From positions 1,830,001 to 1,862,000 of the forward strand of contig NC_002939.5 of assembly GCF_000007985.2 (NCBI RefSeq): a DNA stretch of 32,000 nt, read 5' to 3'. A program made the position numbers and the translations under genes. The notes under the pieces were generated by a model that saw nothing but the letters and a program-made list of their open reading frames with translations, was not told the origin of the DNA and made no database searches. Shown here piece after piece: positions 25,739-32,000 of the stretch (positions within the stretch are counted from its first letter, which is position 1; every line of letters starts with the position of its first letter). The DNA comes from Geobacter sulfurreducens PCA. Its GTDB lineage: Bacteria > Desulfobacterota > Desulfuromonadia > Geobacterales > Geobacteraceae.

Positions 25739-26604
25739 GACTGACACGGCCCGGCATCGCCTATATCGTCATAACGCTCCTGATCGGATTCGCGGCGGTC
25801 AACACCGGCAACAACCTTCTATATCTGATCGTTTCGGCGCTGCTCGGCTTCATGACCGTTTCCGGGGTTGCTGGATGGCTCAATATCCGCGGCCTTGCGC
25901 TCCAGGTGCGTCTGCCCGACGAGATCTATGCTGATCAGGAGACCTTTGCCTACCTGGTCATTGTCAACCGGAAGCGTTTCGTGCCCTCGTTCCTGTTGCG
26001 TGTGTCAGTGGAGGGGGGCGGCTGGGCCGATTTCAACCTGGTGGAACGGCAGGCCGACGAGGCCGGTTCTGCCGCGATCAGGTTTCCCCGCAGGGGGATC
26101 GTTACCTTGGGGCGAGCCGTGGTGAGCTCTCCTTTTCCCATAAATTTTTTTGTCCGATCAACGGTCCTTCCCCTGGATGCTCGAGGCGTTGTTTTTCCCT
26201 CGCCACTTCCTTGCGCCGGCTTTTCCGTTCTGCCGGAGCAGGCGGGAAGAGGGGGGCGCGAGAGTCTTTCACCCGGTTACGAAGGGGAAGTGGACCGGAT
26301 TTCCGACTATACGGGTACGGAGCCGTTCAGGCTGATCCACTGGCGTCTTTCGGCACGCCACGGTTCTCTGAAGGTGAAAGGGATGACTGCTGTTGCGGAC
26401 GAGCCGATCATCCTCGACCCGGACCGCTTGCCGGGCAGCGATCGCGAGGAGCGCATCCGGTGCGGGGTCTGGCTCGTAAACCGGGCTATCCGGGCAAACC
26501 GTCCCGTGGGTCTTTTTGTCGACGGGCGGACCATCGCTCCTGACACCTCCCGCGCCCATCGGCTCAGACTGCTCACGGAACTGGCACTCCATGGTATCCG
26601 TTAA
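25735..26604 (+). CDS. DUF58-family protein (MoxR partner)
   Basis: The conserved N-terminal membrane segment LTRPGIAYIVITLLIGFAAVNTGNNLLYLIVSALLGF is encoded in frame at 25741-25851, upstream of the first ATG (25852). The only start candidates there are CTG 25735 (overlapping the moxR TGA) and CTG 25741. Downstream, ISDYTGTEPFRLIHWRLSAR matches the DUF58 core. Confidence 0.7.
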   Translation: MRLTRPGIAYIVITLLIGFAAVNTGNNLLYLIVSALLGFMTVSGVAGWLNIRGLALQVRLPDEIYADQETFAYLVIVNRKRFVPSFLLRVSVEGGGWADFNLVERQADEAGSAAIRFPRRGIVTLGRAVVSSPFPINFFVRSTVLPLDARGVVFPSPLPCAGFSVLPEQAGRGGRESLSPGYEGEVDRISDYTGTEPFRLIHWRLSARHGSLKVKGMTAVADEPIILDPDRLPGSDREERIRCGVWLVNRAIRANRPVGLFVDGRTIAPDTSRAHRLRLLTELALHGIR

Positions 26605-28525
26605 GACCGTTATCACCATTCTCGCCTACCTCGTGGCGGCTCTCGGGTATCTCCCCGTCGTACTCTATGCGGACTGGCCAGCGCGACTCGCGGCTCCGCT
26701 GGCCTTGGCGCTGGGCATTGCATTTGATCGCCGGGGACGGCATCCTCTGGCCGGCATTCCGGCAACACTATTCACGGTCGTTGCCTTTGCGGCGTACTTA
26801 CTCCAGTGGAGTCGCTCCAATCCGGCAGCGCCGGTCGTGAACTTCCTCGTCATGCTTCTGTCGGTGCGGCTGATCAACGAAAAGAGTCCGCGAAACCTTC
26901 TTCAGATATTTGCGCTTTCCCTTTTTCTCCTGGCAGGGTCATCGCTCTTCAGCCTGAGCGCCCTGTTTCTGTTCTATCTGACGCTCCTGCTGGCCCTTAT
27001 CGCTATTGCGCTCGTTCTTCTGGCCTTTCATAGCGTCGACGAAGGTATCAGTCTCACCTCCCGCGCACTCAGGCGCGTGGTCACGGCGGCCCTTGCCATG
27101 CCCGCCGCGTCACTGCCGCTACTGCTCGTTTTTTTCGCCATCCTGCCGCGGACCCAGTTTCCGCTCCTCAGTTTTCTGAATGCCCCGGGGGAGAAAACAA
27201 CAGGGCTCAGTGAGCGCGTGGAGCCGGGCACGTCCTCCAGCGTAGCCGATGTCCACACCGTTGCGTTCAGGGCCGAATGCGAGCGGTTGGAGCGGAATGA
27301 GTTGTATTGGCGGGGACTGGTCCTGGACACGGCTACCCCGGCTGGATGGGTGCGCGGGACGACCCCGACCGCGGATTCGCCTGCCCAGCCACAGGGAAGA
27401 GCCGTGCGTCAGGTGATCTATCCCGAACCCTCGCGCACCACGTACCTGGTGGGGCTCAACGTGCCGATTCGCATGGACGGAATCCGAAACAGGCAAGCCA
27501 ATGATTTTACCTTTGTCAATCGGGGACGTCCGGGGGGGCGGATCAGGTATGAGGTGCAGTCGGTGGTGTCCGACACTATTGCCGTCAGGGGGACGGTGGA
27601 CCGAAACCGCTATTTGAAACTGCCCGAACGGATCTCCGGCAGAACAATTGACCTGGCACGCCGGTTGACTGCCGGCGCAGCAAACGATGCGGCCAAGCTA
27701 GAAAGGATCGAGGCGTGGTTCCGTGATGCCGGATTCTCTTACGCTACCACAGGGCTTCCGCTGTCGGACGATCCGGTCGATGCCTTTCTCTTTGGCAGCA
27801 AAAGAGGACACTGCGAGTTTTTTGCGTCATCGTTCGCCCGGCTGTTGCGGGTGGCGGGCGTACCGGCGAGGCTGGTGGGGGGCTACTACGGCGGGGAATA
27901 CAACGAACTGGCCGGCTATTATCTGGTTACCGAAGACCGCGCCCATGTCTGGGTGGAAGCGTTCATAGAGGGACGAGGTTGGGTAATGGTCGACCCAAGC
28001 GCCTTTGCCGTCAACTTCGCTCGAGTGGGCGAAGCATCCAGAGCCGGGATGCTTGGCACAATGACCCGCGTGGTCGACTCGCTCTCCTATCTCTGGATTC
28101 AGACAGTTATCACCTATGACCTCCAGAAACAGATCGAGCTGGTCCGCACGGCGAACAGCCGGTTCAAAGACCTCCGCATGCCGGGGGATGTGCGTCTGGT
28201 CGCGGCGGCGACAATCGGAGCACTGGCGGCGTTGGGGTGCGTCTTGGCTATTCGCCGTCACAGGCCTGCCGGCAGGGAGAAACGGCTGCTGAAACGTCTC
28301 CGTGCAAAGCTCACCCGTTTCTACGGCCTTCCCCGGGATCCGGATCCCTCGCAGGGACTGTCTGAAGTCGTCGCAGGACTGAACGATCCGGCGGCAACGG
28401 AGTTCGTCGCCATTTACGGTGGGGCGGTTTACCACGACCGGCGTCTCACCCCTGATGAGGTCCGCCGCCTTGATCGATTACTTGAAGAGATCGGCAGGAG
28501 GCACCATCGTCGTAGCAGCCCATAG
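26591..28525 (+). CDS. membrane-anchored transglutaminase-like protein
   Basis: Multi-pass hydrophobic N-terminal region. Transglutaminase core triad context: GHCEFFAS (Cys), HVWVEAF (His), WVMVDPS (Asp). A C-terminal TM helix plus tail follows. 14-nt overlap with the DUF58 gene. Confidence 0.85.
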   Translation: MVSVKTVITILAYLVAALGYLPVVLYADWPARLAAPLALALGIAFDRRGRHPLAGIPATLFTVVAFAAYLLQWSRSNPAAPVVNFLVMLLSVRLINEKSPRNLLQIFALSLFLLAGSSLFSLSALFLFYLTLLLALIAIALVLLAFHSVDEGISLTSRALRRVVTAALAMPAASLPLLLVFFAILPRTQFPLLSFLNAPGEKTTGLSERVEPGTSSSVADVHTVAFRAECERLERNELYWRGLVLDTATPAGWVRGTTPTADSPAQPQGRAVRQVIYPEPSRTTYLVGLNVPIRMDGIRNRQANDFTFVNRGRPGGRIRYEVQSVVSDTIAVRGTVDRNRYLKLPERISGRTIDLARRLTAGAANDAAKLERIEAWFRDAGFSYATTGLPLSDDPVDAFLFGSKRGHCEFFASSFARLLRVAGVPARLVGGYYGGEYNELAGYYLVTEDRAHVWVEAFIEGRGWVMVDPSAFAVNFARVGEASRAGMLGTMTRVVDSLSYLWIQTVITYDLQKQIELVRTANSRFKDLRMPGDVRLVAAATIGALAALGCVLAIRRHRPAGREKRLLKRLRAKLTRFYGLPRDPDPSQGLSEVVAGLNDPAATEFVAIYGGAVYHDRRLTPDEVRRLDRLLEEIGRRHHRRSSP

Positions 28526-28605
28526 TGCGCGAAGCTACGCTATTTCGCAGGGTGTCCGCGCTTGACAAGGTACACTCTTTCCATTAGGTTACAAGTACAT
28601 GTATT

Positions 28606-30486
28606 TTGACCTTCACAGACAACGGATGGACGGTGAGCTCCAAAAAAGATAAACATCTCGACAGTGCCCAGAAGTTCCTTATCAAGGGACAGGTCGACCG
28701 GGCGATCCGTGAATACGAGCAAGCAGTAACACTCGACCCCAAGGATGTGCGGGTCCGGCAGAAGTACGCCGAGTTGTTGGTACGCGCCAGCAGAAAGAAC
28801 GAGGCGTTGCGGGAGTTCGAAGTCATCGGTAAGTTCTACGCTGACAACGGCTTTTTCCTCAAGGCAATCGCGGTCTACAAGCAGATCCAGAAAATCGACC
28901 CCTCCAATTCGGGCACATCTCTCACCCTTGCCACCCTCAATGAAAAGCAGGGACTTGTCGGCAATGCCCTGGCTGAATACAAGGCTGTCTACGACTTCTA
29001 CGAAAAGAGCGGGCAGCTCCGTGAAGGGGTAAAGGTCCTGGAGCGCATGCACTCCCTGGACCGGGAGAACATCACTATTCGCCTGAAACTGGCCGACACT
29101 CGGAACAAGATCGGCCAGACAGATGAAGCGTATCAAGAGTTCACCGTCCTGGCCCGCGAAATCAGAGCGAAGGGCGATGCTGCTGCCTACGGACGCATCT
29201 GCGAACGGATCGGGCAACTCTTCCCGGAGCGGAGGGAGTTTCTCCTCGTCGTTGCCGAAGATGAACTGGCCGCCGGTAACCATGCCGCCGCTCTCCCCCT
29301 GTTGAAGCAGTTCGCGAACGACGAGCGCTTCAATCCGCGCGCACTCTATCTTCTGGCCGACGCTTCCCGGGCAGCGGGCGACCTGAAAACCGCTTCGGAT
29401 GCATACAACCGCATCGTGCTCAACTACCCCGGAGAGCTTACCGCCTGCAAAGGGCTCTTGTTCTGTCTGCGTCATAGGGGTGATGTGGAGGAGGCGCTTG
29501 AACTCCTGAAGCGCTTTGAGCCCGAATTCCTCAGCCACGAGCCCGAGACCCTTGAACAGTTCTACCTGTCGCTCCAGGAGATCGCTCCCCATAATGAGGC
29601 TATTGCCGAAGGGGTGCGCAGGGTTCGCGGGACAGCCGACAAGGATGTTGAAGTCTCCGGTGAACAGGAGCAGGAACTCGCATCGTTTTCTGAAGATTCG
29701 GCTCCCTTGCCGGATGGCTCGCCCGCTGTCCCTGAATCTCCCGCTGCCGGGGTGGCAGAAGTTGACTTCGATTCCGATGAGTCCCTCTGGGAAGAAGAGG
29801 TTGAGATCGGGCTTGAAGGCGACGGCGATGCCGACCTTGAAGAAATCGAGCTCGAAGTTTCCGTGCTGGATGAATCGACCGATTGGCTTGCCGGCCCCGA
29901 AAGCGAGGCTCCGTCATTAACGGACGACTTGTCCCTTGATTTCACTGAGGATGAGCTGAACGATCTTGTGCCGCCCCCCCCATCCGTTCCGCCGTCCCCC
30001 GGCTTGAAGGGTGATAAGTATGGGCTTGACGGCCTTTTCTCAGCGTTCAAAAAAGGGGTGGGGGAACAACTCGACCAGGGCGACACGGAGACTCATTACA
30101 ACCTCGGCATCGCTTACAAGGAAATGGGACTGTACGATGATGCCGTCGCCGAGTTCAAGGCAGCGGCGCAGGACCCCCGTCGCCTTGTGGATTGCATCAC
30201 GCTTCAGGGGATATGTTACCGGGACAAGGGAGAACCGGCCCGGGCGGAGGAGTTGTTCAATTCGGGGCTGATGCTGTCGGAGCTTTCGCCGGAGGAGTTC
30301 CTCTGTCTGACCTATGAATTGGCACTTACCCTCGAGCAAAAGGGAGACGTGGAAAAGGCCCTGACCGAGTATCGCAAGATTGCCGACGTCGACCCAGCTT
30401 TCCGTGACACGGCCGGCAAGCTGGAGCATCTGGGCCACGACGGCCTTGCCGATGCGGATCTTGTTGATCTTGAGGAAACGCCGTAA
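28606..30486 (+). CDS. TPR-repeat protein with a central acidic/proline-rich disordered region
   Basis: TPR-like repeats at both ends (for example AIREYEQAVTLDPKD and HYNLGIAYKEMGLYDDAVAEFKAA). The acidic low-complexity stretch spans about 29640-30000. The start is uncertain: TTG 28606 or in-frame GTG 28633. Confidence 0.75.
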   Translation: MTFTDNGWTVSSKKDKHLDSAQKFLIKGQVDRAIREYEQAVTLDPKDVRVRQKYAELLVRASRKNEALREFEVIGKFYADNGFFLKAIAVYKQIQKIDPSNSGTSLTLATLNEKQGLVGNALAEYKAVYDFYEKSGQLREGVKVLERMHSLDRENITIRLKLADTRNKIGQTDEAYQEFTVLAREIRAKGDAAAYGRICERIGQLFPERREFLLVVAEDELAAGNHAAALPLLKQFANDERFNPRALYLLADASRAAGDLKTASDAYNRIVLNYPGELTACKGLLFCLRHRGDVEEALELLKRFEPEFLSHEPETLEQFYLSLQEIAPHNEAIAEGVRRVRGTADKDVEVSGEQEQELASFSEDSAPLPDGSPAVPESPAAGVAEVDFDSDESLWEEEVEIGLEGDGDADLEEIELEVSVLDESTDWLAGPESEAPSLTDDLSLDFTEDELNDLVPPPPSVPPSPGLKGDKYGLDGLFSAFKKGVGEQLDQGDTETHYNLGIAYKEMGLYDDAVAEFKAAAQDPRRLVDCITLQGICYRDKGEPARAEELFNSGLMLSELSPEEFLCLTYELALTLEQKGDVEKALTEYRKIADVDPAFRDTAGKLEHLGHDGLADADLVDLEETP

Positions 30487-30492
30487 CGCCTT

Positions 30493-31206
30493 TTACGAAA
30501 AGAGCAGTCCCCGGGGCGCCACAAGTCGGACCGGGGCCAAAAACAACTCGCTGGTATAGCTGTCAGGCAGGGGGGGCAAGGGGTTAGCCGCTTGAATCGC
30601 CTGGAGAATCAACCGGTCATAGGCCGGACTTCCCGTACTCTTCACCAGCTGCACGTCAACCATCTCGCCGCTTTTCTTCATCACAATGGTGAACATCGCC
30701 TCCGAACGACCCAGATCCATTCCAGACGCGTTCGCAACCGTCCACCACCGCTCGTTTATGGTTTCCAGCAGCGTAAAGTAATATTCGCGGACATCGCTTC
30801 TCAGGGATTCGCCTTCGGCTATGCCGCGGAAAAAGCCGCGGGACATGCCCAGCGAAAGAGGCGAGGGGGGCGCCGAAACCACCGGCGGGGGAGGCGGCTC
30901 AACCGCCTGGGGGGGCGGAAGAACTTCTTCGGCAGGTGGTTGCTCGTTTTCCACCGGCAAACTCATGTCGCTCGCAACAGCAGGTTCAGGTACGGGTGCC
31001 GGCTTGCTGTCGGGCGGTGATGGCGCAACGGGGCGAATTTCACTGCCGGACAGATCCACGGAAACGACCTGCATCCCTTCAACGCCGGCCACATGGCGCG
31101 GCAGGAGTGAGGTTACGGAATAGAGTGCTCCGTGCAATGCAATGGAAAGGGCGATGGTCCAGAGCATCGGCGCATCGCTTCGTCTTGTCTGTATCAACTG
31201 GTCCAT
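30493..31206 (-). CDS. TonB-family energy-transducer protein
   Basis: N-terminal TM anchor MLWTIALSIALHGALY, a proline-rich spacer (PPPPVVSAPPSP) and a C-terminal TonB-like domain. SD GGGAG upstream. No exbBD genes are adjacent. Confidence 0.7.
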   Translation of the reverse strand: MDQLIQTRRSDAPMLWTIALSIALHGALYSVTSLLPRHVAGVEGMQVVSVDLSGSEIRPVAPSPPDSKPAPVPEPAVASDMSLPVENEQPPAEEVLPPPQAVEPPPPPVVSAPPSPLSLGMSRGFFRGIAEGESLRSDVREYYFTLLETINERWWTVANASGMDLGRSEAMFTIVMKKSGEMVDVQLVKSTGSPAYDRLILQAIQAANPLPPLPDSYTSELFLAPVRLVAPRGLLFS

Positions 31207-31308
31207 GGACTGACTCCCAGGCGGAGTAGGTACGTTACGTGGTCATTCTACCTTTTTCCCCAAGGCCGTGACAACCCGATTTCTTGTTTACCTATCGGAT
31301 TTTGCGAC

Positions 31309-31336
31309 AAAAAAAGGGGGCCGACGGCCCCCTTTG
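31309..31336 (-). terminator. intrinsic terminator downstream of the malic-enzyme gene
   Basis: Minus strand reads GGGGGCC-GTC-GGCCCCC followed by T7 (31315-31309), 22 nt after the stop at 31358. Confidence 0.75.
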
Positions 31337-31357
31337 TCATTTCCATATGTTGGCGCT

Positions 31358-32000
31358 TCAGTTGCTTTGCGCGTCGACAACGGCAATGGCTGCCATGTTG
31401 ACGATATCCATTACGTCATCGCCGCGCTGCAGTACGTGCACCGGCTTCTTCATTCCCATGAGAATCGGGCCGATGGCGTCGGCTCCGCCAAGGCGGGTAA
31501 GGAGCTTGTAGCTGATGTTGCCCGAGTTCAGGTCGGGGAAAATGAGGATGTTTGCTCCGCCTTTGAGTGTGGCAAAGGGATAATGGGACTCCAGAATGTC
31601 AGGCACAACGGCGGTGTCGGCCTGCATCTCGCCGTCGATTATCAGTTCCGGCGCCCGCTGTTTGACGATCTCCGCAGCCCGCTTGACCTTGAGGGCCTGG
31701 GGGTGGTTGACGGAACCAAAGTTGGAAAATGAAAGCATGGCGATACGGGGGTCGAGATCCAGAAGCCGTGCCTTCTCGGCTGCCAGTATGGCGGTTTCGG
31801 CCAGTTCCTCGGCGGTAGGCTCGATGCAGACCGTGGTGTCGGCCAGCAGGAAAATGCCCCGCTTGAAAACCATGAGGTAAAGGCCGTGGACGCTGGAGAG
31901 GCCTTCCTGCTTGCCGATCACTTCAAGGGCAGGGCGGATGATGTCGGGATAATGGGCATCAATGCCAGAAAGCAGAGCATCGGCATCGCCGCAACGGACC
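31358..32000 (-). CDS. maeB: C-terminal phosphate-acetyltransferase-like domain of NADP-dependent malic enzyme (partial; 5' end lies beyond the window)
   Basis: The frame stays open to the window edge (…VRCGDADALLSGIDAHYPDIIRPALEVIGKQEGL…). PTA_PTB-domain motifs are SFSNFGS and GPILMG. The 'M' at 31921 in the ORF track is an internal GTG (Val). Confidence 0.8.
   Translation of the reverse strand, partial: VRCGDADALLSGIDAHYPDIIRPALEVIGKQEGLSSVHGLYLMVFKRGIFLLADTTVCIEPTAEELAETAILAAEKARLLDLDPRIAMLSFSNFGSVNHPQALKVKRAAEIVKQRAPELIIDGEMQADTAVVPDILESHYPFATLKGGANILIFPDLNSGNISYKLLTRLGGADAIGPILMGMKKPVHVLQRGDDVMDIVNMAAIAVVDAQSN

Noticed and set aside
27653-27668. Sigma54-like element TGGCACG-N4-TTGA
   Set aside because: It lies deep inside the transglutaminase CDS with no downstream gene start. 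The -12 element is TTGA rather than TTGC. It is probably a chance match.
28540-29592. 350-aa minus-strand ORF opposite the TPR gene
   Set aside because: The plus frame shows regular TPR repeats and continues for 626 aa. The minus ORF has no SD or motif.
1-32000. Scan for CRISPR arrays, IS elements or transposases, integrases, tRNA/rRNA genes and known defence-system signatures
   Set aside because: None of the translated ORFs shows transposase, integrase, Cas, restriction or toxin-antitoxin hallmarks. The only repeat longer than about 20 bp that I could find is the 198-bp tandem duplication at 9856-10251.

Overview
High-GC (about 60%) chromosomal window with about 36 protein-coding genes. I found no rRNA, tRNA, CRISPR array, transposase or integrase. 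Gene content and order look like a Geobacter / Desulfuromonadales core genome; this is from memory and was not checked by search. The right two-thirds is housekeeping. It holds a dCMP deaminase-nrdR-ribD-ribE-ribBA-ribH-nusB operon, hom, a HAD hydrolase, thrC, a MoxR-DUF58-transglutaminase-TPR module, a TonB-family protein and the 3' end of a maeB-type malic enzyme. The left third is more accessory. It holds small hypothetical genes, a lipoprotein made of 11-residue repeats, a receiver-GGDEF protein with a degenerate active site, a 2-hydroxyacid dehydrogenase, a three-domain acyl-AMP ligase/ACP/acyltransferase abutting a P-type cation ATPase, a secreted cohesin-like/dockerin-like protein, and a split RtcB-archease neighbourhood that also contains an HD phosphohydrolase and a P-loop/DRTGG protein. 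Observations most worth follow-up: (1) a perfect 198-bp tandem duplication across the convergent 3' ends of the ATPase and dockerin-like genes; (2) the non-canonical RtcB/archease cluster, which has no rtcA or rtcR; (3) the DDDRF-for-GGDEF receiver protein with an intact RxxD I-site; (4) the acyl-AMP ligase-ACP-PlsC fusion; (5) a DUF58 gene whose conserved N-terminal membrane segment has no canonical start codon. All family calls come from motif recognition in the supplied translations. No database search was run.
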